Shown here: in pieces, positions 12,846 to 25,109 of the stretch | Position numbering within the stretch: position 1 is the first letter of the stretch | How the letters are laid out: each line of letters opens with the position of its first letter | Assembly (NCBI GenBank): GCA_030390025.1 | Contig: CM059432.1 | Location: 39,868,001-39,932,000, forward strand | Source of the DNA: Squalus acanthias | Taxonomy: Eukaryota | Reading direction: 5' to 3' | DNA: 64,000 nucleotides | Notes under the pieces: generated by a model | Database searches by the model: none | What the model saw: the letters and a program-made list of their open reading frames with translations, nothing else | What the model was told of the DNA's origin: nothing | Made by a program: the position numbers and the translations under genes

Positions 12846-13689
12846 TTCCTGCTAATGGATATTTCCAAATAGAGGCTACTATTCATGGTGTCACAATTAT
12901 TTATTTTGACCTACACAAATATCCCTTACAGAAAAAACCTTTAATATTCCGTCCTGATCATTAATTAACAGCAATATACAAATTTGAGTTTCAGATTTCC
13001 TCACTTAATATTACACTTGATTTGGGCAACATAGTTGATATGATCTGTCACTTACTTTATCCTGGTAAGTGAACTACTAAAAACACTTATATGTTCAACT
13101 TCCCATCCTCACCCTTTTCCCACTTAATTATAATGGTGGATTCACAAAATTTCCATTACTAAGAAACAACATTCCTTGATAACTCTGCTCAAAATTTTAG
13201 GCCTGTGCATTTTAGTTAGTTGGTTAGTGGAGCAGGGCTGGAAAATTCCAATTGTCTCCTAGCCAGTGAGTTGCTTTCTAGCGCGAATGAGCCTAAATAA
13301 ATTTACTACTTTGATTTCCAAGTACTCAAATATTAACAAGTATTTTAATTTTAATAAATATGCAGTTATTTTCTTTTCACAGGGGGAATTAGGTATTTCT
13401 CTTAAAACGTTGCCACTTTAGCAAGCATGGATAGAAGACTTTTCAGTTAATGACATTAACCCATTAAAAGAATTAATAGAATCGGTCATGTCCTTGTCGC
13501 AGATACAGAAGAATACCCAGTTCCCACTTTACAGACGAACAAATCCCTGAAAATAATCAGTCCTAACCGTGGGAAGAGATTTTTTATCTATGCTGTTAGC
13601 ATACAAGGCTAGCAAAATGTGTTTAGCATATGCTGTTTCTAGGCAATGGGGATCATTGGAGCCCAGTGGGAGGTTGGGTCTATTGGGTC

Positions 13690-14968
13690 TAGATTGGGCC
13701 TACACTCTCTGGAGTTTAGAAGAATGAGAGGTGATCTCATTGAAACATAAGATTCTGAGGGGCCTTGACAGGGTAGATGTTGAGAGGTTGTTTCCCCTGG
13801 CTGGAGTGTCTAGAACTAGGGGGCAGAGTCTCAGGATAAGGGATCGGCCATTTAAGACTGAGATGAAGAGAAATTTCTTCACTCAGAGGGTTGTGAATCT
13901 TTGGAATTCTCTGCCCCAGAGAGCTGTGGATGCTGAGTCATTGGGCTGGATTTTCATTGACCCGTGGAGGCGGGTTTGGAGGCGTGTGGGGGGTTAAAGT
14001 TGCAGATTCGGGGGTCCCGAACCCATCCCAGTTTCGCTTGAGGCGGGTACCCAACCTGTGCTGGGACCCGTCTCCCCGGGGCGGGAAGAGGATTAGTGGC
14101 AATAAACTGCCTGTTAACAGGTAGCTAACAGGCAGTTTTTTGCCTAATCCCTATTTTGATGCGTGAAATGTGGGCTTCCCGACAGGTCCCAACCACACCA
14201 AGTTATCGAGGCGGATGGTGGGTCTGCAGGGGTTGGAGGGGTCGATATGTCCGATGGGCAGGTGAGTGATGGGTGCATGTGTGCAGAGGTAAGTGTGTAA
14301 GGTAAGTGTAAAATGTGGGAAAAAGTTTTACTTACCTTAACTTCCTCCTGCAGGTGTCAGCCCTTCAGGTCTCGGGAGTCAGCAATCTCACCGGCACAGA
14401 AAACAGAGGCTGCAGTTTTTGACAGCACCACGACCATTCTGTTTTGTGTCAAAAACTGCAGCCTCTGTTTTCTGTGCTGGAATAATTTCTAACTCAGCCT
14501 GAGAGGAAGGACTCAAGTTAGAAGACAGATTGTCAGTGTTTGACAGCTTCACAGAGCTGTCAAACGCTGATATTTCATCTGTCAAAAGCTCTTGACAGAT
14601 GAAATGTCAATCTGTGACATCACCTGTTGCCGGGTGGCCCTTAATTGGCCTGTTGAGCTCGCTGGGCGGGCTCAACAAGGTCAATCAAGTGACAATGCAG
14701 TGGGTTGGCCACAAGTCGCTGGAGGCGGGACTACAACCCAAAAAGTGGGAGTCCCACCTCTATCACGTCCCCAGTATCAAAATCCAGCCCATTGAGTATA
14801 TTCAAGGCTGAGATAGATAGATTTTTGGACTCTAGGGGAAATCACGGGATATGAGGATCGGGTGGGAAAGTGGAGTTGAGGTCGAAGATCAGCCACGATC
14901 TTATTGAATGGCAGAGCAGGCTCGAAGTGCCTTATGGCCTACTCCTGCTCCTAATTCTTATGCTCTTA
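13690..14968 (+). mobile_element. CR1 3' fragment split by a MITE
   Basis: Peptide KILRGLDRVDVERLFPLAGVSRTRGQSLRIR...FFTQRVVNLWNSLP. It resumes after 14790 and ends in the CR1 tail. Confidence 0.85.
13943..14790. mobile_element. 848-bp non-autonomous DNA transposon (PIF/Harbinger-like MITE)
   Basis: Perfect 12-bp TIR GGGCTGGATTTT / AAAATCCAGCCC. 3-bp TSD ATT (13940-13942 and 14791-14793); removing the insert restores the CR1 sequence GAGTCATTGAGTATATTC. Confidence 0.85.
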
Positions 14969-15189
14969 CGTAGCTGCTAGGGGATCCCCAGGCGGGCAGT
15001 AGCAGGCTTGATTGGCAGCTCAACTGACCAATCCCTGACAAAGAGCTGATGGAAGTCAAGTCTTTGGCTTCCTGTTGAAACAAACACATTCTGTTAGCCA
15101 CTGCTTCTAGTTCCAATTACTGGGTAGGATAGACATTTCCAAATAGCTTGTGGGTTGTGTGGATTTAACCTCTGGTGCAATTAATTTTT

Positions 15190-15310
15190 TTTAAATTAAT
15201 TCCTGGGATGTGGGAATCACTAGCATTTATTGCTCATCCCCAGCTGCCCCGAGAAGGTGATGGTGAGCCTTATTCTTGGACTGCGGTTTGACACAACTGA
15301 GTGGCTTAGC
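15190..15310 (-). mobile_element. 3' tail fragment of the Zenon-like CR1 family
   Basis: The reverse complement resembles 63720-63815 (GGGATGGGCAATAAATGCT...CACATCCCA). Confidence 0.55.
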
Positions 15311-16334
15311 ATATTAAATGAGCACCAGAATGAATCTGGGACTTGATGAAGATTACCCTGATCTGTACGATATAAACAGTTCTAAATTGCAGACTTATAC
15401 CAACATAACAACCACTTCCATGATAGATTGCACATTGGAAGGAGTTCAGAAGTACTGCAACATAGCACAGTAGTAAAGTAAATCAAATACAGATTGCAAG
15501 CATAAGTTTGGAAACACAGGCTGCTAAGACACAAATGACTTTTAATCACAGTAAACACAACTGGATTCATAATCAAGAGTCTCTGCAATCATCCATTTTT
15601 TCACGTAACATTCCGTAGTAAGAAACTGCTGAAAGAGCCTCACTGCAGAAACTTTTGTTTAAAATGCCAACACGTATACTCTTGCACTGTTCCCATTCTA
15701 CATTTAGATTAGTCTACTTGCAAGGTCTAATCATGGAAGCCAAAATTGGACATGATATAGAGCATCTGAAAAAGGATAGAGTAGTTTAACGTTGAGTGTA
15801 GAAAACGTTGTCAGAGGGACAATGACAAAATGGTCTGTATCCAAAATGTTAACAGAGATCTTTTTTTCCCAGATGCAAATGGTTCTGCTGTGTATTTCCA
15901 GCATTTGGTGTCAGATTTCTAGCATTTGCAGTTTTTGTCTTTCCATTCCAACTGGAGGCACCTCATGGAGAACCTCTAATGTAAAACTCTATTAAAGCAA
16001 CTCAGGAACATGGAACACAAATTTAGAGTGGATTAGGTACCAAGATACCTTCTCGGTGAGGAAGTAAATGTAGGCCTTGGGAGGGCAGTAGCGACAAGCA
16101 TCATCAATGAGGTGGGAGGAATGGAACGGGGAGGTGCTTGAATCGGGAGAAGGCACCAGCGGGGTTGGGGGTTTGGGGGGGAGAAAGAGGCCAAGGTGTG
16201 ACTTGATGAGGGCTATTCAAGCAGAATCTGATCTTAGTTTTAAAATTTCCCCTCCACATGCCTGTGCCAATAAACAAGGCTACTACAGCATTATCTGTGG
16301 ATTTTCCCTAATGCCTCCAATTAGCAGTACACAT

Positions 16335-17080
16335 TTTAGCTCAGTTGATAGCACTCTTGCCTCAGAGTCAGAAAAAAAAATAAAGAACTTGTATTGAAAT
16401 AGTGCCTTTCACTACTTCAGGACATACCAAAGCACTTTACAGCCAATTAAGTACTTTAGAAGTGTCATCACTGTTGTAATATAGGAAATGCAGCAGACAA
16501 TTTGCGCACAGCAATGAGATAATGACCATATTTATTTATTTATTTATTTATTTATTTATTTTTTAAAGTGAAGTTGGTTGAAGGATAAATGGTGCCAGGA
16601 CACCAGGGAGAACTCCCTTGTTATTCTTCGAATTGTACCATGGGATCTTTTATGCCCACCCTAGAGGGCAGACGGTTTAATGTTTCATTTGAACGACGGG
16701 TCACTGCTGAAAGCAGCTAGTGGGTTCAAGCCCCACTCCAGGATGAGCAGGTAATCTAGTGCTGCATTGGTGGAGGTGCTGTCTTTCAGATGAGAAATTA
16801 AACAGAGGCCTTGTCTGCCGATTCAGGTGGATGTAAGAGATACCATGGCACGTGAAGAGAAAGGAGTTCTCCCAGCGTTCTTGCCAACCATTCCTTCCTC
16901 AACCAACAAATTAACTGGTTATTTATCTCACCACCGTTTGTGCGACTTTGCTGTGTACAAGTTTGCTACCATGTTTCCTAAATAACATCAATGGTTACAC
17001 TTCAGAAAGTAATTCACTGGCTTTGGGACATCCTGAGGATATGAACGGCGTTCTATAAATGCAAGCTCCTCTTTTTTTTA
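16335..17080 (+). mobile_element. DeuSINE split between its A and B boxes by an antisense copy
   Basis: Head TAGCTCAGTTGATAGCACTCTTGCCTCAGAGTCAGAA resumes at about 16715 with B box GGTTCAAGCCC and ends in the L2-like tail. Confidence 0.65.
16372..16705 (-). mobile_element. DeuSINE 3' half containing a (TTTA)n tract
   Basis: Homologous to 29770-30070. (TTTA)n at 16529-16560. Confidence 0.75.
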
Positions 17081-17159
17081 AATTTTGCCCAGTGTGGTGG
17101 GTGGGGGCGAGGGAGGGAACTGCAACAAGTACAAAAAATCCAATGCAGCTAGTTTGTTT

Positions 17160-17385
17160 ATCCAAAATCAGAAAATGCTTTAAACACTCAGCAGCTGTAG
17201 AGAGAAAAAACAAAGTAGCATTTTGATTGAGTCAACTGTCAGAATTGATGATCTGAAAGAGTTTGCACACTCAAAAAGTTAACTTGTTTGTTTTCTCCAC
17301 AGATGCTGCCTGACTTGCTGAGTGTTTTCAAGCATTTTCTGTCTTGTTTCAGATTTCCAGCATCTGGAATAGTTTGCTTTTTATT
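17160..17385. mobile_element. Older degenerate Penelope-derived fold-back element
   Basis: CAGAAAATGCTTTAAACACTCAGCA ... TGCTGAGTGTTTTCAAGCATTTTCTG inverted arms, same family as 6298-6486. Confidence 0.6.
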
Positions 17386-17555
17386 CATATTACTTATAGA
17401 GCAGTTTCATTCACTGACAGATGTGATCAATAGCCAAAAGGTGTGTAGCAGGGAGGAAAAATAAGGACAGCTTCATTAAAAAACGCAGATTCAACTGGTC
17501 ATTCATCTTATTGCTGTTTGAGTTGCTGCTGGTGCAAAACAGCCACTACACTTCT

Positions 17556-17932
17556 AAAGCAATAGCAAAATACTGCGGATGCTGGAAATCTGAAATAACA
17601 GAAAATGCTGCATCCGTGGAGAGAGAAACAGAGTTAATGTTTCAGGTCTGGGACCCTTCATCAGAACTGGAAAAAGCTGGAGATGTAACAGATTTTAAGC
17701 AGGTGCAGAGGCCGAAGGGTTGGGGTGGAGGGGAGGAAGGAATTGAACGAACAGTCTGTGCTAAGGTAAGAGGCAGGAAAGATAAAATGTTGCAAATGGG
17801 GATGGCAAAATCACAGCATGAAAAATGGGAGATGGGGTTATAGTCTGAAATTGTTTGTTGAACTCCATGTTGAGTCCAGAAGGCTGTAAAGTGCCTAATC
17901 GAAAGATGCGGTGCTATTCCTCGAGCTTACAC
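17556..17932 (-). mobile_element. Penelope-like retroelement 3' end: GIY-YIG C-terminus plus terminal repeat with hammerhead motif
   Basis: The minus strand from 17931 translates CKLEE*HRIFRLGTLQPSGLNMEFN, the L.T..P.GLN motif typical of Penelope GIY-YIG C-termini. The hammerhead motif follows downstream. Confidence 0.8.
17632..17668 (-). ncRNA. Minimal type-I hammerhead ribozyme-like motif
   Basis: AGTT-CTGATGA-A-GGGTC-CCA-GACCT-GAAA-CATT-AACT: core boxes, 5-bp helix II and helix I AGUU/AACU. Confidence 0.65.
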
Positions 17933-18778
17933 TTTTAAATGTTCCCAATTTCTTTTCTCTACTGCAAACCGTCTTCTTAAACCCCCTCTCCCGTCTCCTC
18001 CACTTTCACCTCCAACAAGTGCAAGGAGCTCATGGACTTCTGTCACTAAGATTGAGACCATCTGATCAGCTGCCTCTACCATTTCCCTCCCTTCCCCTAG
18101 ACCACCGGGCGAAACTTCCTCTAAGGTCACCCCCCCCCCACACCCACCCTAGCCCTGAATGCTCATCTTTCTCCAGTTTCTCGCTCATCTTGTCCAGAAG
18201 ACCCACTTCCTGCTCCCTCGACTCTATTCCCACTAAACTGCTGACCACTCAACTTCCTTTCCTGGCTCCCATATTACGGGATATTGTTAACGGTTCTCCC
18301 TCCTCAGGTACTGTCCCCCTTTCCTTCCAATCTGTCGCCATCGCTCCTTTCCTCAGAAAGCCAACCCTCGACTCCTCCGCCCTCGCAAAACTCCGCTCCA
18401 TCTCCAACCTCCCTTTCCTCTCCAAAATCCTTGAACGTGTTGTCACCTCCCAGGCCACTGCCCGTCTTTCCCGGAACTCAATGTTTGAATCTCTCCAATC
18501 AGGTTTCCGTCCCTGCCACAGTACCAAAACAGCTCTCAAAGTCACAAATGACATCCTATGTGACCCTCCTCGTCCTGTCTGCAGCCTTTGACCACACCAT
18601 CCTCCTCCAATGCCTCTCCACCGTCGTCTAGTTGGGTGGGACTGCACTCATCTGGTTCCATTCTTATCTATCTAATCGTAGCCAGAGAATCACCTGCAAC
18701 GACTTCTCTTGCCGCTCCCGCATCGTTCCCTCTGGTGTCCCCCAAGGATCTATCCTTGGCCCCCCTCCTACTTCTCAC

Positions 18779-19756
18779 CCATGCCCTTGTTACCTCTAGA
18801 CTTGACTATTCCAACGCACTCCTGGCTGGCCTCCCACATTCTACCCATGTAAACTTGAGGTCATCCAAAACTCGGCTGTCCGTGTCCTAACTCGCACCAA
18901 GTCCCATTCACCCATCACCCCTGTGCTCGCTGACCTGCATAGGCTCCCGGTTAAGCAACACCTCGATTTCAAATTTCTCATCCTCGTTTTCAAATCCCTC
19001 CATGGCCTCGCCCCTCCCTATCTCTAATCTCCTCCAACTCCACAACCCCCGCCCCTCACCCCGAGATATCGGCGCTCCTCTAATTCTGCCCTCTTGAGCA
19101 TCCCGGATTATAATCGCTCAACCATTGGTGGCCGTGCCTTCTGTTGCCTAGGCCCTGAGCGCTGGAATTCCCTGCCTAAACCTCTCCGCCTCTCTTTCCT
19201 TCTTTAGGATGCTCCTTAAAACCTACCTCTTTGACCAAGCTTTTGGTCATCTGCCCTAATTTCTCCTTATGTGGCTCGGTGTCAAATTTTTTGACTTATA
19301 ATACTCCTGTAAACATAACATAAGAACCAGGAGCAGGAGTAGGCCAATCGGTCCCTCGAGTCTACTCCGACATTCAAGATCATGGCTGATCCAATCTTGG
19401 CCTCAACACCACTTTCCCGCGCTCTCCCCATACCCCTCGACTCCCCTGTAGTTCAAATGTCTGTCAATCTCCGCCTTGAATATATTCAATGACTCCGCCT
19501 CCACAGCTCTCTGGGGTAGAAAATTCCAAGATTCACGACGCTCTGAGAAGAAAAAATTCCTCCTCATCTCCGTCTTAAATGGGCGACCCCTTATTCTGAA
19601 ACTATGCCCCCTAGTTCTAGATACCCCCACTAGGGGAAACATCCTCTCAGCATCCACCCTGTCAATCCCCCTCAGAAGGTGAAGCACCTTGGGACATTTT
19701 ATTACGTTAAAGGCACTATATAAATACAAGTTGTTGTTGTTGCTGTTGTTGTTGTT
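18779..19756 (+). mobile_element. Second L2 3' fragment inserted into the first
   Basis: Duplicates 20311-20876 (HALVTSRLDYSNALLAGLP) and has its own (TTG)n tail at 19730-19755. Confidence 0.75.
19312..19677 (-). mobile_element. CR1 3' fragment inside the L2 3' UTR
   Basis: LRGIDRVDAERMFPLVGVSRTRGHSFRIRG plus the CR1 tail. Confidence 0.85.
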
Positions 19757-20195
19757 ATCTATATGCTGCCCCTCTGCTACATCATCCAAAAACACAGCGT
19801 CAGCTTCCACATGTACGCTGATGACGCCCAGCTCTACCTCACCATCACCACTCCCAACTCCTCCACTGTCTCTAAATTGTCAGACTGCTTGTCCGACAAC
19901 CAGTACTGGAGGAGCAGAAATTTCCTCCAATTAAATATTGGGAAGACCGAAGCCACTGTCTTCAGTCCCTGCCACAAACTCCGTTCCTTAGCCACAGACT
20001 CCATCCCTCTCCCCGCCAAGTGTCTGAGACTGAACCAGACTATTCGCAACCTTGGTGTCTTATTTTACCCCGAAATGAGCTTCTGATCACATATTCGCGC
20101 CATCACTAAGACCGCCTATTTCCACCTCCGGAACATCAGCCGACTCCACCCCTGCCTCAGCTCATCTGCTACTGAATCCATGCCTTTATTACCTC

Positions 20196-20306
20196 CTACA
20201 TTACGACAGTGACTACACTTCAAAAGTACTTAATTGGCTGTAAAGCGCTTTGGGATGTCCGGTGGTCATGAAAGGCGCTATATAAATACAAGTCTTTCTT
20301 TCTTTT
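20196..20306 (+). mobile_element. DeuSINE 3' tail inserted in L2
   Basis: 12-bp TSD CTTTATTACCTC at 20184-20195 and 20307-20318. Confidence 0.8.
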
Positions 20307-21339
20307 CTTTATTACCTCTAGACTTGACTATTCCAACGCACTCCTGGCCGACCTCCCACGTTCTACCCTCCGTAAACTTGAGGTCATCCAAAACTCTGCT
20401 GCCCATGTCATAACTCGCACCAAGTTCCGTTCACTCATCACCCCTGTGCTTGCTGACCTACATTGGCTCCCAGTTAAGCAACGCCTCAATTTTAAATTTC
20501 TCACCCTCGTTTTCTAATCCCTCCATGGCTTCGTCCCTCCTTATCTCTAATCTTCTCCAGCCCCACAACCCTCCAAGATATCAGCATTCCTCTAATTCTG
20601 GCCTCTTGAGCATTCCTGAGTGTAATCGCTCAACTATTGGTGGCCTAGCCTTCAGCTGACAAGGCCCTAAGCTCTGGAATTCCCTCCCTAAACCCTGCCA
20701 CCTCGCTTTCCTCCTTTAAGGCACTCCTTAAAACCTACCTCTGACCAAATTTTTGGTCATCTGCCCCAATATGTCCTTATATAGCTTGGTGTCAAATTTT
20801 GTTTTATAACGCTCTGTGAAGCGCCTTGCGACTATTTTACATTGAGGGAGCTATATAAATACAAGTTGTTGTTGTTGGCGGGTAACTAGTGGGCAAGTAC
20901 AGCAACTTCATGTCCTTACATGGAGTTCAATGCAGAGTCTATCAGCGAGGTACCAGTGGAGCACAGCTTGTGGAGGAGCAGGGTAACTCGGACAGCAACT
21001 TCCAGATTTCCCCCGTTTAACTACACATGTGCAGACTCCGGAAGTTGCTGTCTGATTTACTGCATAATAACAGTGAACCAAGACATGCAAACTCTGGGCC
21101 TTGTATCCAATAAGATTCTGCAAGTACTGAAAGGATTAACGGGTAAAAATGTCTTTGGCCCAGATTTTCTTACAAGGTCCAGAGTTTGCACGTCTTAGTT
21201 CATTTGGGCCCTACCCCAGGTGTTGAGCCTGCTCAGGAAATACATAGTCTTATTTGTGAGCTGAAAAAGTGAGTGTTTGGAATCAGGTAACTTTGGGTTT
21301 ACAAAGTATAGTGCTGATAGGAGTAGACTTTCCCCTCAT

Positions 21340-22515
21340 GCTTGACCAACCTTATTGCATTACTTGAAGTAACAGAAAGAGTAGACAAGGGTCATGCAGT
21401 GGATGTGATTTACATGGAATTTCAAAAGGCCTTTGATAAGGTACCGCATAGTAGACTCATGACTAAGCTCAGAGCATGTGGAGTCAGGGGACAGTTAGCA
21501 GAATGGAGAGCAAACTGGCTACAAGAGAGAGAGTAGGGGTTAAAGGTAGTTACTCAGACTGGCAGAAGGTGGGAAGTGGTGTTCCTGAGATTGGTGCTGG
21601 GACCACTGTTCACCATTACATAAATGATTTGGACTTGAGAATCAGAAGTACTATATCAAAATTTGCAAATGACACCAAATTGGGGGGTATAGTTAATACT
21701 GAGGGCAGCTGTGGCAAAATATAAGACGATGTTAACAAACTTGAAGAATGGGCGTGTAAATGGTAAATTAATTTCAATATAGCCAAGTGTGAGGTGGTGC
21801 ATCTTGGGAGGAGGACTAAGGGTCCACCTACTGCTTGGAAAATCAGAGTCCAAATAGGGTAGACATGCAAAGGGATCTAGGGGTACAGATACATAAAAAG
21901 TAGCAACACAGATTAACAAAGCCATAAAAAGGGCAAAGTTCATTTCTTAAAGAATAGAATTCAAAAGCAGAGAAGTTATGTTAAACCTATATTAGACCAC
22001 ACTTAGAGTACTGTACACAGTTCTGGAGTCCATATTCCAAAAAGGATAAAGACACTGGAGAAAGTGCAAAAAAGATTTACAAGGATACCACCAACACTGA
22101 CAGCATACAACTATCAGGAAAGACTGAACAGGCTGTGGCTCTTTCCCCAGAAAAAAGACAGAGGTGAGTGGATAGAGGTCTTTAAAATATTAAAGGGTAG
22201 ATGTAGAGAAGCTGTTTCCACTTGTGAAGGGAGTCAAAAACTGGGGGCCAGCAATATAAGACAGTCACTAATAAATCCAATAAGGAATTCAGGGGAACTT
22301 CTTTACTCAGTGGCGAGAATGTGAAACTCACTACCACATGCAAATAGCATAGATGCATTTAAGGGGAAGCTCGATAACTGCATGAAGGGGAAAAGAATAG
22401 GATAGAGGGAGATTAAGTAAATAGAGTGGGAGGAGGCTCATGTGGCGCCTAAACACTGGCATAGACCAACTAGTTGGGCCGAATGGCTGTTTCTGTGCTA
22501 TAAATTCTATGTAAC
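21340..22515 (+). mobile_element. CR1 LINE, 5' truncated and degraded
   Basis: VDVIYMEFQKAFDKVPH, ISKFANDTKLGG. Tail GGGCCGAATGGCTGTTTCTGTGCTATAAATTCTATG. Confidence 0.85.
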
Positions 22516-24019
22516 TATCACATGACCTAGGCACTCAACAGTGCCAGTCGGTATGGAGTGAAAATTAAGTGATCCCTGCGTCAAACAGGGAAAGCGACTG
22601 TTTCTGTTGCACCAGAACTGCAGCAGGCCAACAATGAAATTTCTAGATTTTAATTAGGCTTATTGGTAACTCGAATTCATCTTTTGCATAGCAATTAATA
22701 TGCTTAATCAGTTTAAAGCCCAAGTCTTATCTATACTGTTTTTTCATTGGAACTGCAAACAATTCTTCCCAGAAACATTTGAACTTTTTTTTTGCAAATA
22801 ACTATGCTATAATTTTTACTTTGCACCCCCTTTAGTGAAGTTAAATTGAGAATGCTGCAAAGACTTTTCTATTGAAATATTCAACAATGCCATATAACCT
22901 AGGTCAGTTACAAGACATGACATCCACCAGATTAAGTCCCCATTGGGAAAATCAGAAAAGCTGAACAGCTGCTTCTATCTACCGTACATAGTTTAATGTA
23001 GCTGGGAAGGAAGATTGTAGATGGAAGGGGATGGGGAAATTGCAAGCAAAAGATGGGAGGAATCAAAAAGAAAAGGGGAAGTTCGGACAAATGAGCGGAT
23101 ACGGTGCTAAAATTTCACAATATTAAACAGTTGACGGTTAACAAAATAACTTGCCACTGATTGCATTTCATTACACTTCCTCTTCAGTCTAACAGGTCAC
23201 TACAGTACTCAAAGTCTCAAGTGTTTGAACCACACATTGACAACCAATTGAAATCAGCTGAAAGCACAATACATCACAAAAGCAGTCTAAAGTAGTGACC
23301 TAACAAGTAGGTGCAACTATAGCGGAGAACTAAAAAAACCACTCAATTAGGATTTTCTTTTCATTTTTAGAGTTTGTCTTGTGTAGGTTATATATTTAGG
23401 TTTGCCACTTTATAAGGAATCGTTCAAATAAATTATAACCAATCTCTTCCCAAAAGACAGGAGAATCTGCAAAAATTCACATTACATTTTCTCCATTCAT
23501 TAACAGATTATAAAATGTCCCACTAAATGCATACACCCAATATCCTATTTATACTGAAAACAGGTCAATGGGGATAATTTACTGTGCAACATGCTTTACC
23601 AGATGTGGAAACACTACTGGGAAATTTGAATTAAACATTTTGCAGGTTATATTTGAATCAATTAAATTTACAAATGCTTTAAAACACTGCTTTCTTAATA
23701 AATACCTCACACTGCAATATATGGGCCTTTCTAATTTATTACCCAGAGAGTTTCAACCCTAGTCATAAATCTAAAATATTAAAATGCTGATGTATTGTTC
23801 TATTTTAAATGCGTTTGGTTTTATCCTCCATTACTGAACCACTAATGCATCAGAAATCTGACCCAGCGATACTAGGAGGGACCTTACTATCCTACACAAA
23901 ACAAATGCAAACAATATTTTCTGGAAGTATGAGAATTGTTTCCGGTCATCTCAAGGTAAGTTTAACCTTAGAAATGCTGCCAAACATGTCCTGCTGGAGA
24001 ACTGTCTTTGGCTTGACAC

Positions 24020-24230
24020 AAGGCTGCAATCATTATCTAAATAAACTTCCTGCAATATAGGCATTTCATAAATGTTCTGCAGGGGGAGATTTAAAATCCA
24101 ATGGGCGTACTTTGCACTGACAATTCAGTCCCTGTACTGAACACCTCAGGAAACTCCAGTGTTGTGACAACTTGACAAAAAGTAGGCATCCTTGAAGTCT
24201 ATCACTGCCAGCCAATCTCTTGGCTCATTT
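24020..24230 (-). mobile_element. Highly decayed DIRS-like (tyrosine recombinase retrotransposon) RT relic
   Basis: Minus-strand peptides in the expected RT order: DWLAVIDFKDAYF, QCKVRP..RTFMKC (LPFG region, frameshifted), YLDND (YLDD-like). Confidence 0.5.
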
Positions 24231-25109
24231 GAATATAAGGTGCCCAATTCCATCTCTCGAGGAGCAAAATAGGGATCTCTGAAGTCCACTGTCATGCTGT
24301 TGAATGGGGAATGCCATGCTTCCCCATCAGATTCCTGGAAGTAACAAGAAAAATGCCTATCTGCTAGGGGCCATCTCCTTACCCCTGTCCAAATAGATAC
24401 TGTGCAGATAAATGCCATTTCTAAAAGACGTTACTGGTTATGAATAAGGCTAAACTGCTGACTCCACATCCAGGGAAGAGTCAAAAATGCACCCACAACT
24501 TTCCATTGTCCAGCATTCCCATTCAAACAAGATCAAGTCAAGAGCTCTTTGGCAATGCCAAATGATAAATCAGGATTAGGCCCCTCCCAAGACAGCCTGG
24601 ATGACAGCAAGATTTTGGACATGTTTAAAGAAAGGAAACAAGACCTCTGTCGATATGCTAGCAACAAGCACGAAGGGCAGGGAACTAAAAAGTGTTGAAA
24701 GCTTTAAAACCTCTATTAAAAATTTCAGATGTACAATGCTACATTACCTAGTTGTATAACTAATAGAAAACAAATTCTAAATTGAAGATCAGGGCACAAG
24801 AAAATAGAAAGAGCAAATTCATATTGGTTAATATTTTAATAGCTGGCAACACTTCAGTACCTCAATTTAGATTGGGATTGGGGGGAAAAGAGAAGAGAAT
24901 ATAGCACGGTAATAATAGTCAGAGCCAAAAAGGGCAGCAAAGCAACTCATGATTGGAGAAGCACTGAAACTCAAATCTCAGGCCTCGGACACAGGCCTGT
25001 GTCTATTGAAGAAAATATTCCTGCAGACATTACCAACAGTATCGGTAAGTTTAACCATTTCTAGGTGAATTAATGTGTCAGAAATGTTACTTTTACAGGT
25101 ATAAAACTA

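Larger units (their letters stand above)
17935..20876 (+). mobile_element. L2 LINE (ORF2 RT to 3' tail) with nested insertions
   Basis: LDSIPTKLL, RSISNLPFLSKILERVV, QSGFRPCHSTKTAL, GVPQGSILGP, HMYADDAQLYL, NFLQLNIGKTE. The reading context breaks at about 18778 and resumes at about 19757. Tail ACAAGTTGTTGTTG. Confidence 0.85.
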
